DNA from: Phallusia mammillata
Taxonomy: Eukaryota
DNA: 64,000 nt
Assembly: GCA_965637545.1 (NCBI GenBank)
Contig: OZ281500.1
Location: forward strand, 21,886,001 to 21,950,000
Direction of reading: 5' to 3'
Numbering within the stretch: position 1 is the stretch's first letter; each line of letters starts with the position of its first letter. Made by a program: the position numbers and the translations under genes. A model generated the notes under the pieces. That model saw only the letters and a list, made by a program, of their open reading frames with translations, was not told the origin of the DNA and made no database searches. This document shows positions 26,109 through 36,600 of this stretch, one piece after another.

Positions 26109-26835
26109 TGTTACAGCGAGAATTAATTGTTCCGCTTGGGTGATTTCCGCTTGGAAGTTCTCGTTTATTCGTGACGTATTGAAATATTCATCCGCGACAG
26201 AGCATGTGCTTTGAACGCCACGTTTTTGTGAGCTGCGTTAGTTGCTAGGTTTGCAGTCAATTTAAGTGAATTTATCCTAATTTCTTGTGACTATTTTGTT
26301 TATAGTGAAACTGTAAATGTTAAGAGCAATAGCTAAAATGCTGAATTGTCAGTTGTGGAACCTCTAGCCGCGTGCTAGTAAAGCCCTGGTTACCCAACAG
26401 TTGGTATGTTTTATGTTTTTGCTTGATTTGTGTTTAACTTGTGTTAATGTGTATTTTAACAGTAACTTGACTTGTTATGAGTAATTTGGAAGTAATCTAA
26501 TGTAAAATATGACCGATTAATGTAGATTTAGTTTAAAACCTTGTGTGTACTGTTAAAACTGCTTATTGTTTGATGGTCGCTATGACGTCATAATGTGTAC
26601 GTCTGGCTTATGTATGTTATTTGTGGTTACAGAAAAACCGTTGCCGTTGCTATTGACGTTGTCGTCTTGGTTTATTCGTCAGCGTTGCCTTTTATCGCCA
26701 AAAAAGAACATTCGTTGCAAATGCAAGAGTGGGTCGTCTTGGAGGACAGGCTGTAGGACGGGCGCGTTTTACAAAAAGGGTTATCTAGTGTGACGAACGG
26801 CGCAGGGCCAGGCTGCGCACCTAGCGGTCGTTACA
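26109..26835 (+). repeat. 5' LTR (727 bp)
   Basis: Starts TGTTACAG, ends GTTACA; I found no difference from 32940-33666 in a line-by-line comparison. Confidence 0.98.
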
Positions 26836-27080
26836 TTAAAGTTTTTCAACTTTGAAAGTGTTCAACCTACGGAAATCGTTGAAAAATAAAGTTTTTCAAC
26901 TTTGGAACACAAAGTGTTCAACCTACGGAAATCGTTGAAAAATAAAGTTTTTCAACTTACGGAAAAACTGATGAAAAATAAAGTTTTTCAACTGATTGAA
27001 AACAAAGTGTTCAATCTACGGAAGCCTCTGAAAAATAAAGTTTTTCAACTCGTTGAAAATAAAGGTTTTCAACTTCGAAC
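26836..27080 (+). repeat. Degenerate tandem array (about 9 units of AAAGT(T/G)TT(T)CAAC) in the retrotransposon 5' leader
   Basis: Repeated gaaaaataaagtttttcaact and aaagtgttcaacctacggaa units between the LTR and the ATG. Confidence 0.9.
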
Positions 27081-27109
27081 TTTCTAACATCGTTGGTAGA
27101 GCTATCAAG

Positions 27110-30100
27110 ATGGTTGAATCTCAACACACTCTTGACAATTTAGTTAAACGACTGAACTTGGCATATCAAGATGCAGAGGAAATTATGATTGATTCCTCGA
27201 ATGTGCAACAGTTAAAAGAGAAGACTTCATCCATTGATGTTTTGTACGACGAATGTGTTGGCAAACACACAACACGACTGGATTTTGTAAAAAAGAAAAA
27301 AGATAGAAGAAAAATTAATGCTGCGCTCTCAAGTTTGCGAAGTGGCAAGCAAGAATTTGATGCGCGCACAGAAGAATGGTTAGAGGAAGTAAGGCGTTCC
27401 AAACCGCCTGAACACTCGAGCAAGGAACCGTCTGTCAGCGATTTTGGTTCTAGAAGTAGAATTGGTTCACATACAAGTTCGAGGTCGAGTTGCAGACGTA
27501 CTGAGGCGCTGGTAAATAAGGAAGTCGCGCTGCTGGAAAAGGAGTTTCTGCAAAAAAGGATGGAAACAGAAAATCAGTTAAAACTTCTGGAAGCTGACCA
27601 TAAAATAAAGGCTGCCACAGTGGCAGCTGAGTTATGGGAAAGAACGTCTTCATCGGGATCATGTTTCGCTGGATTTCAGCCAGAGAAGCAAGTTGAATTA
27701 CCAGTCCTCTTCTCACCTGAGACCAAACCCGAAGTAGTAAAAGAGGAAAAGCAAGCATCAGACTCCAGCATTATTAACAGAAGCAGTTCAGAAGCGCAGG
27801 TAACGGACATTCCGTCCTCCTCGCGTTGCGAACCTAAACCAAAAACGGAAGCACTGAATCATGAGCCGGAGGTGAGTGACCTGTGTCGTGTTGCTGCAGT
27901 CTTAAAGGCAGGGATGGAGCTTCCCAGGCCACAGCTATTGTATTTTGATGGTGATCCGCTAATGTACACGCGTTTCATGATAAGCTTTGACGAAAATATT
28001 GGTCGGCGGGTAGACAGCGACAGTGTGAAGCTTAATTATCTGATCCAATACTGTCGAAAAGAAGCACATGCAATGATTGCCTTTTGCATTGGCCTTGACT
28101 CTCCGGAAGGTTACCGAAGGGCTCGAGAGTTGTTATTAGAGCGTTACGGACGTCCTATCATTATCGCACGTGCATACGTGGATAAGCTAAGTCACTGGCC
28201 TTATCTGAAATCCGATGATACTGACGGATTGATAGAGCTAGCACAGGCATTAGAAGAGTGTCTGGTGACCCTGACTCATCTGGGATACTTCGCAGACATC
28301 AACAATTTTGAAAATATGCTGAATATAATAAAGCGATTGCCGTTTGCACTGCAAAGTCAATGGAGAAGACATGCTGCTAAAATTGAAAGGAATGGGGAAG
28401 AGCCTCGTTTCTGTCACCTTGTTGAATTCGTTAAGAAAGAAGCGTACATTGGAACCACGATGTTTGGTCGAGTGTTGGGTCCTCGGAAGGACAGAGATAC
28501 GCAGAAAAGGCGCAGCAAATCTCCTACGACGAGGACAAGAGCATCGACTCATGCGACATCGGTTGCTCCGGGAAACGAGCGTAAGGCTGAACCTAGAAGT
28601 CCTCAGAAGCAGGGATGTCCTTTGTGCAGTAAATCACACGACCTTGGCAATTGCGACGTGTTCAAACGGAAAACCTTCGTAGAGCGAAGAAAGTTTCTGC
28701 GTCAAGTTCGGCTGTGTGACAATTGCTTTGTAAAGGGTCATATAGCAAGAACATGTAGTTTACCAAACTCTTGCACCATCGGCGGATGCCGTGGAAAGCA
28801 TCACAACCTTCTGCACTGGACAGAATGGAAGACTTCTTCAACTGCACCCGTACGCGAAGCGTCTACGCAGGCCTCAGAAGAGAAACCGTCATCATCAAAT
28901 GCAACTGTCACCTGGACTTGCATGAGCACTCATGCAGAGAGTGTGTACCTTAACATAGTGCCGGTAAAGGTTACGGCCAGTAATGGTAGAAAGCTGGAAA
29001 CTTACGCCTTTTTGGATCAAGGATCGACTACAACCTTGTGTGACAAACGACTGATCGAGCAGCTGGACGTCGGGGGGAGAAAGACAACGTACTCCTTGAC
29101 CACTGTCAGTGATAGGTCACAGAGAAGAGAGGGTTTGGCCGTCGATTTAACGGTGGCGTCGCTCGACGGGAAGCAATCCGTACGATTAAACGACGTTTTG
29201 AGCGTGGACAGTTTGCCAGTCTCCCCAAACAGAATACCGGAAGGGTCGCTTTGGCGATGGCCTCACTTGCGAAATTTAGAGTTTCCTGTCTTGCCCCATG
29301 GGGAAGTCATGTTGCTGATTGGAGCGAACGTTCCCGAGGTGTTCTGGATAAATGATGAACGAAGAGGCGGAAGAAAGGAGCCAAGTGCCGTGCGTTCTAT
29401 GCTCGGTTGGTCGCTTGTAGGTCCATGTCGTAGTAATGGTTCAAGAAGTTCACAGATACGGGTGAATTTTGTAACCTCGCAGGACGAAACGTTGCACCAA
29501 CAGATAAAATGCATGTGGGAAAGCGACTTTGGCCAAACCGCGTTGTCACCCGGAACGACACTGTCGAAAGAAGACAGGTACGCATTGAAACAGATGGAAA
29601 GCTCAGTGAAGTGTCATGACGGACACTACCAACTGCGATTGCCGTGGAGACCAGGTGCTCCAAACTTGCCAAATAATCGTGCTATGGCAATGAAGCGTTT
29701 GTCATACTTGAAACGGCGATTGGAAACTGATTCGCAGCTGTATGAGAAGTACAAGCAAACGTTAGATACGTACTTGAACGAGGGATATGCCAGACGTTTG
29801 AAGTGCGACGACAAGGAGCCGGAAGATGGCGCTGTTTGGTACCTGCCGCATCACCCGGTTGTACACCCGCAGAAACCTGGAAAGGTGAGGGTCGTCTTTG
29901 ACTGCGCCGCCAGATATCATAATATTTCGCTGAATGACCAGCTTTTGCAAGGCCCAGATTTGCTCAACAGTCTTTTTGGGACGCTTGTCCGATTTCGCCA
30001 GGAACCAGTTGCTTTTGTCGCCGATGTAGAAGCGATGTTTCACCAGGTAAAGGTTGATCCGATCGATGCATCTGCACTAAGATTCGTTTGGTGGCCTGAA

Positions 30101-32851
30101 GGCGATTTGTCGCGTGAACCCGTTGATTACCAGATGCTGGTGCACATATTTGGTGCAGCCTCGTCTCCTTGCTGTGCTGGGTACTGTTTGCAGAAAACTG
30201 CTGAAGATAACAAGGAGAAATTCAGTTCTGAAGCGGTTTCGACAGTGAAACAAAACTTCTACGTGGACGATTGTTTGAAGTCCGTAAGGAACGAAGACGA
30301 TGCAATCAAATTGGCTGGAGAGTTGCGTGAATTGTTGCAGCTCGGAGGATTTCGGCTCAGAAAATGGGTGAGCAACAGCGAGCGTGTGTTGTCGTCAGTC
30401 CCAACCGAAGATATATCTGTACAGTCCATTATATTAAATGTTGATGTAAAGCACATGGAACGTGTGCTTGGAGTGTTGTGGAATTTTCGCTCCGACGTGT
30501 TTGAATTTGACGTAAAGGTCAAAAAGAAGCCTGTAACGAGGAGAGGAATACTTTCCGTGGTCAGCTCCTTGTTCGATCCCCTGGGTTTCGTTGCGCCTGT
30601 AATATTACATGCGCGAAAGCTTTTGCAGGAGCTTTGCAAAGAAAATTATGGCTGGGATCAGGAAGTTCCACCGGATATAGAAAAGAGATGGAACGCATGG
30701 ATTTCTGAGCTTCCAGGTCTATCAGAAATTAAGATTAAAAGGTGTTTTCAGACCACTGGACTTGAAGTCAAGACGCACGAGCTGCATCATTTCGCAGATG
30801 CGTCTTCCTGTGGATACGGAACAGTCGCATACTTGCGAACAATGGATGAACAAGGCAATGTGCATTGTTCTTTTGTTACTGGAAAGGCCCGTCTTGCGCC
30901 TTTGAAGATGGTGTCTATTCCCAGATTGGAATTGACCGCAGCTACTCTTGCTGTCAAGATGGACCAAGTTTTAAGGCAGGAACTTGACTTGGATATCGGA
31001 CGATCCGTGTTTTGGACTGATTCAACTGCAGTTCTCCAATCCATTTACAACGTAAATAAACGGTTTTGTACCTTTTTCGCCAACCGACTGGCGAAAATTG
31101 AGGAAGGATCAGACGCGTCGCAGTGGAAGCATGTTCCTACTGCATTAAACCCAGCTGATGACGCATCTCGTGGGTGTACTGTAAAGGCTTTTCTCCAAAA
31201 CAAGCGTTGGTTCACCGGACCTTCGTTTTTAGGCAGCGATGAACGTCACTGGCCTACGAATCCCGTGAATACCAAAGATGTTCCCGAGGAATATTTAAAC
31301 ATGAAACCGAAGAAAATGTTGGCTGTGCATGTTGCAGAGGAGCAGTGTTTGTTTGATGATTTAATTTGTCGCTATTCTTCATGGAAGAAATTAAAGAAGG
31401 CAGTTGCTTGGCTCCAGCGATTCGTTGACTATCTGCGTTCTAAGAAGAACCAACACCTATCCAAAAGACTGACTGTCGCTGATCTTGAAAGTGCTGAGCT
31501 AGCGATTGTCAAATATGTTCAAGGAAGACAGTTTTCTGACGAAATAGAGGCATTGTGCAAGTGCGAAGACTTAGATCGCACCGGGAAGAAGAAAGTCATG
31601 AAGAAACTGCCATCAAAAGCTCTTCATAGACTCAATCCTGTTTTGATTGGTGGTGTGTTGCGAGTGGGTGGCCGCCTGGAAAGGGCACCGATTCCCTTTG
31701 AAATTAAGCACCCGATGATTCTCCCAAACGCACATCACATTACTACTTTGATTATTCGCGAGACACACGCTAATGTTTGCCATTCCGGAATGTCGCACAC
31801 TTGGGCAATTGTTCGTCAGAGATATTGGATTGTGCGAGGTGGTGTAGCGGTAAGAAGAATCCTTGGAAACTGTGTGTTCTGTCGAAGAAGAAATGCTTCA
31901 GTCTCGAAACAAATGATGGCCGACTTACCTGTTGAGCGCACGACTCCGGGTGAGCCACCGTTTTCGTCTGTGGGTGTGGATTACTTTGGACCCATACTCG
32001 TGAAACAAGGAAGAAGCGAAGTCAAACGATACGGTTGCATCTTCACGTGTATGACCGTGCGTGCTGTGCATTTGGAAGTAGCGCACTCGCTTTCTACTGA
32101 CTCGTTTATTGACGCTTTCCGAAGGTTTATTGGAAGACGGGGAAAGCCCAGGCGCATTTTCAGTGATAATGGAACGAACTTCGTCGGCGCTGAGCGCATA
32201 CTGCGCGAGTCTCTTGAAAAATGGAATCAAACTCACATCGAAGAACGTCTTCGCCAGTGGGGCGTTGACTGGTCATTTAACCCACCTGCCGCCAGTCACA
32301 TGGGTGGCGTCTGGGAACGTCTAATTCGTTCGGTGCGCAAGATCTTGAATGTATTGTTGGGACAGCAAGTGCCTTCTGACGAGACGCTGAGTACGCTGCT
32401 TGTTGAGGTCGAGTTCATCCTAAACTCGAGGCCCTTGACTCCCATCAGTCTTGATCCTGCCGACAGAGAGCCTCTGACACCGAACCACCTGCTTTTGATT
32501 GGGCGACATGATATCTCGCCACCCGGAGTATTTGTGAAGGAAGACAACTACGTTCGACGACACTGGCGCCAGGTCCAGTACTTGGCCGACCAGTTTTGGG
32601 TCCGATGGACAAATGAGTACCTGCTGACGCTACAGACGCGTCAGAAATGGCAATTTCCCGAAGAGAACCTCGACGCTGGTGATCTGGTCCTGTTGGTCGA
32701 CAACTCGGCACCACGAGGAAAATGGCTTACCGGAAGAATCGTAGAAACGTACCCGGATAAGTCCGGGTTTGTGCGAAGTGCTTTGGTTAAAACGCACGTT
32801 GGGTCGTTCAAACGACCGATCGCGAAATTGTGTTTGATTATGAAGGCTTAA
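27110..32851 (+). CDS. BEL/Pao gag-pol polyprotein, 1913 aa from the first ATG (the ORF track begins 19 codons earlier at a non-ATG codon)
   Basis: Gag core (YFDGDPLMYTRF), three knuckles CPLCSKSHDLGNC / CDNCFVKGHIARTC / CTIGGCRGKHHNLLH, protease FLDQGS (~29015), RT YVDD (30260), RNase H FADAS..ELTAA..WTDS, integrase H-H-C-C plus D(31979)-D(32165)-E(32315), C-terminal WRQVQYLADQFW domain. Confidence 0.97.
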   Translation: MVESQHTLDNLVKRLNLAYQDAEEIMIDSSNVQQLKEKTSSIDVLYDECVGKHTTRLDFVKKKKDRRKINAALSSLRSGKQEFDARTEEWLEEVRRSKPPEHSSKEPSVSDFGSRSRIGSHTSSRSSCRRTEALVNKEVALLEKEFLQKRMETENQLKLLEADHKIKAATVAAELWERTSSSGSCFAGFQPEKQVELPVLFSPETKPEVVKEEKQASDSSIINRSSSEAQVTDIPSSSRCEPKPKTEALNHEPEVSDLCRVAAVLKAGMELPRPQLLYFDGDPLMYTRFMISFDENIGRRVDSDSVKLNYLIQYCRKEAHAMIAFCIGLDSPEGYRRARELLLERYGRPIIIARAYVDKLSHWPYLKSDDTDGLIELAQALEECLVTLTHLGYFADINNFENMLNIIKRLPFALQSQWRRHAAKIERNGEEPRFCHLVEFVKKEAYIGTTMFGRVLGPRKDRDTQKRRSKSPTTRTRASTHATSVAPGNERKAEPRSPQKQGCPLCSKSHDLGNCDVFKRKTFVERRKFLRQVRLCDNCFVKGHIARTCSLPNSCTIGGCRGKHHNLLHWTEWKTSSTAPVREASTQASEEKPSSSNATVTWTCMSTHAESVYLNIVPVKVTASNGRKLETYAFLDQGSTTTLCDKRLIEQLDVGGRKTTYSLTTVSDRSQRREGLAVDLTVASLDGKQSVRLNDVLSVDSLPVSPNRIPEGSLWRWPHLRNLEFPVLPHGEVMLLIGANVPEVFWINDERRGGRKEPSAVRSMLGWSLVGPCRSNGSRSSQIRVNFVTSQDETLHQQIKCMWESDFGQTALSPGTTLSKEDRYALKQMESSVKCHDGHYQLRLPWRPGAPNLPNNRAMAMKRLSYLKRRLETDSQLYEKYKQTLDTYLNEGYARRLKCDDKEPEDGAVWYLPHHPVVHPQKPGKVRVVFDCAARYHNISLNDQLLQGPDLLNSLFGTLVRFRQEPVAFVADVEAMFHQVKVDPIDASALRFVWWPEGDLSREPVDYQMLVHIFGAASSPCCAGYCLQKTAEDNKEKFSSEAVSTVKQNFYVDDCLKSVRNEDDAIKLAGELRELLQLGGFRLRKWVSNSERVLSSVPTEDISVQSIILNVDVKHMERVLGVLWNFRSDVFEFDVKVKKKPVTRRGILSVVSSLFDPLGFVAPVILHARKLLQELCKENYGWDQEVPPDIEKRWNAWISELPGLSEIKIKRCFQTTGLEVKTHELHHFADASSCGYGTVAYLRTMDEQGNVHCSFVTGKARLAPLKMVSIPRLELTAATLAVKMDQVLRQELDLDIGRSVFWTDSTAVLQSIYNVNKRFCTFFANRLAKIEEGSDASQWKHVPTALNPADDASRGCTVKAFLQNKRWFTGPSFLGSDERHWPTNPVNTKDVPEEYLNMKPKKMLAVHVAEEQCLFDDLICRYSSWKKLKKAVAWLQRFVDYLRSKKNQHLSKRLTVADLESAELAIVKYVQGRQFSDEIEALCKCEDLDRTGKKKVMKKLPSKALHRLNPVLIGGVLRVGGRLERAPIPFEIKHPMILPNAHHITTLIIRETHANVCHSGMSHTWAIVRQRYWIVRGGVAVRRILGNCVFCRRRNASVSKQMMADLPVERTTPGEPPFSSVGVDYFGPILVKQGRSEVKRYGCIFTCMTVRAVHLEVAHSLSTDSFIDAFRRFIGRRGKPRRIFSDNGTNFVGAERILRESLEKWNQTHIEERLRQWGVDWSFNPPAASHMGGVWERLIRSVRKILNVLLGQQVPSDETLSTLLVEVEFILNSRPLTPISLDPADREPLTPNHLLLIGRHDISPPGVFVKEDNYVRRHWRQVQYLADQFWVRWTNEYLLTLQTRQKWQFPEENLDAGDLVLLVDNSAPRGKWLTGRIVETYPDKSGFVRSALVKTHVGSFKRPIAKLCLIMKA

Positions 32852-32931
32852 AGTGTTGTGTTTGTTCGTTACGTTTTCCTTTCTCGCTGTTTGTGTGTTG
32901 TGAAGATGTTCTCATGGGTTCGCACATCGTC

Positions 32932-32939
32932 GGGGGGTA
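32932..32939 (+). other. Short polypurine tract GGGGGGTA
   Basis: Directly precedes the 3' LTR start. Confidence 0.75.
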
Positions 32940-33666
32940 TGTTACAGCGAGAATTAATTGTTCCGCTTGGGTGATTTCCGCTTGGAAGTTCTCGTTTATT
33001 CGTGACGTATTGAAATATTCATCCGCGACAGAGCATGTGCTTTGAACGCCACGTTTTTGTGAGCTGCGTTAGTTGCTAGGTTTGCAGTCAATTTAAGTGA
33101 ATTTATCCTAATTTCTTGTGACTATTTTGTTTATAGTGAAACTGTAAATGTTAAGAGCAATAGCTAAAATGCTGAATTGTCAGTTGTGGAACCTCTAGCC
33201 GCGTGCTAGTAAAGCCCTGGTTACCCAACAGTTGGTATGTTTTATGTTTTTGCTTGATTTGTGTTTAACTTGTGTTAATGTGTATTTTAACAGTAACTTG
33301 ACTTGTTATGAGTAATTTGGAAGTAATCTAATGTAAAATATGACCGATTAATGTAGATTTAGTTTAAAACCTTGTGTGTACTGTTAAAACTGCTTATTGT
33401 TTGATGGTCGCTATGACGTCATAATGTGTACGTCTGGCTTATGTATGTTATTTGTGGTTACAGAAAAACCGTTGCCGTTGCTATTGACGTTGTCGTCTTG
33501 GTTTATTCGTCAGCGTTGCCTTTTATCGCCAAAAAAGAACATTCGTTGCAAATGCAAGAGTGGGTCGTCTTGGAGGACAGGCTGTAGGACGGGCGCGTTT
33601 TACAAAAAGGGTTATCTAGTGTGACGAACGGCGCAGGGCCAGGCTGCGCACCTAGCGGTCGTTACA
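32940..33666 (+). repeat. 3' LTR (727 bp)
   Basis: Direct repeat of the 5' LTR at offset 6831. Confidence 0.98.
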
Positions 33667-36600
33667 GTTGTCCTTGCAACCTTTTCAAGTTATCAACTTT
33701 TTATGTGCGGTGTTTGGGCAATTTCCCTTCTCTTGATCTTGCCTTCGAGTTTATTGACACTTCAACAAAGTGACTTCAAATGTAAGAATGTTTAACATGC
33801 CGTTTTGTCAGGTCGCTGTGTGGGGTTAAAGGTTAAAGGTCGCGTGTTGTATAAATATATACAAATAACCAGAATAGGACATGACCCGTTATTCCTATCT
33901 TAATCTTGCCATCAAGAAGTTAAAGGGTATATATACATCATATACGAGCATCAGACAACTGTAGTTTGAACAAAATCCATATCGAAGTTTGTTTTACGAT
34001 TTATTTATTTTCCTAGTACTACTTTTCATTTTATTACGATATTTCTCCAATTAACTAACTTCAATAATTGCCAAGAATTTTTTTGCTCTGCACCAAGATT
34101 TTGAAGGTAAAAAACATGCAGTTGATGCTGCGTGACACAATACTAATCCAGTTTTCAACCAACAAACTAACTTTACACTTTCAACCACACTTAAAAGGGT
34201 TAATTAATATTATAAATTTTCGGTATCTTCATGCAAACGTCACATGACAAATTTCCTTTTAAAATCAAATCAGGACGTTTGTCAAAACTCGACTTAGCCG
34301 CAGAAAACAGCAAAAACGAGTTCAAGGCTTCAATCGATTCGTGGCAGTGCTGGGCATGGCAGGGCCAAACAACTGGTAATGGCGGTATTGTGTAATCTTT
34401 TTCCGATACTCGCTCTTTGTGAAACAAAGCACGTGTAAGACTGCGGACTTTACGTTGAAGTGACGTTGGGAGCTTGCGATTTGGGAGCTTTGTTCCCTAA
34501 TTAAGCGTTGATCGATGGGGTAAAGGGGGTAAGGGGCGATGACGCATTAAAACAAAGGATAGTTTTAAGAGTTTGACCCAGAAATATCCAATAAAAGCTG
34601 TGTCTAAGTTTGCCCAAATCACTAGAACGAATAGAAAAACAACAATTGGGAGACGAATAGACAGGAAACAAATTATACTCCATAAAGGCTTGAGGTTTGG
34701 CAGGAAAAATGCCCATGTGATTCGGTTTTTGGAAACATGTTATGTGGTGTGTAATACAAGAGTAATATAAATCAAAGGCCAAAAATGAACATCGTGTCCT
34801 GGAGAGGCAAAACGTTTTCGTACGACATGCATGAAAAAGTAATTAGAAACAAAATCAAAGAATTTCTCGGAGGTTATACCAATAGTTCTCAAATTTTACC
34901 AATTGCTTTATTTTGAACCTCTGAAATTTGAGCCTAGAGTATTACAGTAACATCAATTTACTCCAAACAAGCAAAAGTGGAAACGTGTACTGTAATTCAA
35001 AGACAAGTACTTCAGTTTCGGTGTCGGGTGACCCCTGAAAAAACGTCAGATGTCAATCAAACCAGGGACTAAAGCTTGTCAGCGACGTTGCGGCTTTTTG
35101 CCATTTTCTCCGGCGCGCAATTTCCATCCACGCTTAACTAGCACGTGTGTGACAAGCCCCGGGGTTACTAGGGGTCAAATCAACGGCACAACAGACACGC
35201 GCCCTGAAATCAAGGGCTCCAAAAACGTTCAAGACGCTTCCACTAAGATTGTTGACTTTTACACCATGGCCTTTGGGTTGCTACTTCCTGAGGCAAAGGT
35301 TTGATGTTTTGGAGGAGGTACGAGCGATGACGTCATAAACAGCGTAACAATGATCAGGAAATAGAATCGTTTGATAAGACACGGGAGTGTATGTGGGGGT
35401 GCGGGATGTTGTTTAGCGATGGTATATGGGCGATTTAAGTTGCGCCAGGAAATGCATTTGACGGATGGGATCAGTCAACATGGTAATGTTGCGTGGTCAA
35501 CTCGAAATCGAAAGCATTAAGCGCATAGATCAGCATTTCTTTTTTTGCAGGTTCATTTCGGTTTCGCAATTAGCTTGCATATTTTTTTAAATCATAAATA
35601 TTTTTGGATAATTTTGACTCGGTGTTAAATGAAAAGTTGTTTCAATAAATTCAAAATAAAAGAGTTACTTACAGAAGATTTTAATATCTTATCAGTGTAA
35701 TTTTAAACTTAGTCACTATATCCGAAACAAAACCACTTAAAACCCTTAGTCGGCTCCAAATAACGTCATAACATTAAATAAAACTGCCTTAAACGTTTTG
35801 TGGTGTACCACAGGGTTCAATATAAGCACCACTTTGAACTGAGCAAGTCAAGATGTTGCCATAAAGGTCGCTAATCTCGCAAAAACAGCGCCGGGACAAG
35901 GAGAACTAATTGAGTCGACTTTTATCGCGTCACAGAATGTGGTTATTCGAGCACACTGGGATTTGTGACGTCACAGTTAATGGGTAGGATGTGGCATGTA
36001 CGGAGCGCGGGACTTGTGTGTCAGCCAGGTTCAAAGACACGTGTTCGGTTCGACCTGTCCCCGAGGTTTTGTGTTTGAGATCTGACAAAACATGAGCGGA
36101 AGGTCAATAGTTTTAGCAACAAGATAAAGAAGTTTCTGGAAATATGTGTCGTGCGTGTTGGGATATATTTCAACATGTGACTGCTTGATAAACCACAGCT
36201 CAGACAGAAAATTAAATAATAACATCTAACTCACTTTGCCTGTTTGCATGTTTGAAACTGACCTTGATTAAGTTTAAGTAAAAAATAAGCTACACGCCAT
36301 TAAAAATCCTTAATCAAATAAAACCAATGTAACCAAATAGACACAGCGTTTAAATTCCTAAACGGATGTTTAATAGAGTAAACAAGATTTCTTTCCGTAG
36401 CAAACTAATTAATGCAAAACATTTAAAAGCGCAATCTTGTTTTGTGTTTGACAAAGATGTTATCCAACTGATTTAGTGATGACCAAGTTCTGATAGCTAT
36501 CTACTTAGAAATTAACTCGGAGTTATATTTGAAAAACATTTCAAAATCGGCGCAGATAAATCAACAACTAACAAGCGTATAGGAAACACACTAGACAATA

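Larger units (their letters stand above)
26109..33666 (+). mobile_element. Full-length BEL/Pao LTR retrotransposon (7558 bp), no env, 5-bp TSD GTTGT
   Basis: TG...CA LTRs; GTTGT at 26104-26108 and 33667-33671; single ORF with domain order gag-PR-RT-RH-IN and BEL/Pao motifs. Confidence 0.98.

Noticed and set aside
26164-26676. Antisense AATAAA in the LTRs truncating robo into a secreted Ig1 decoy
   Set aside because: AATAAA is abundant throughout this AT-rich intron, so these sites are not distinctive without 3'-end data
26631-26850. Tf1-style self-priming between LTR and leader
   Set aside because: Best complementarity found by eye was 7 nt (GAAAAAC/GTTTTTC), short of the roughly 11 nt used by Tf1; a folding computation is still needed
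26836-27080. Repeat array as a CRISPR array
   Set aside because: Units are degenerate and irregular, spacers are themselves repeats, there are no cas genes, and the context is a eukaryotic retrotransposon leader
27094-27112. TGGTAGAGCTATCAAGATG as a displaced PBS
   Set aside because: About 260 nt from the LTR and only 6 nt match the initiator-Met tRNA 3' complement (TGGTAG); I recognise no other tRNA it matches
27166-32714. Short antisense ORFs within the retrotransposon
   Set aside because: Shadow frames of the long pol ORF with no domain signal
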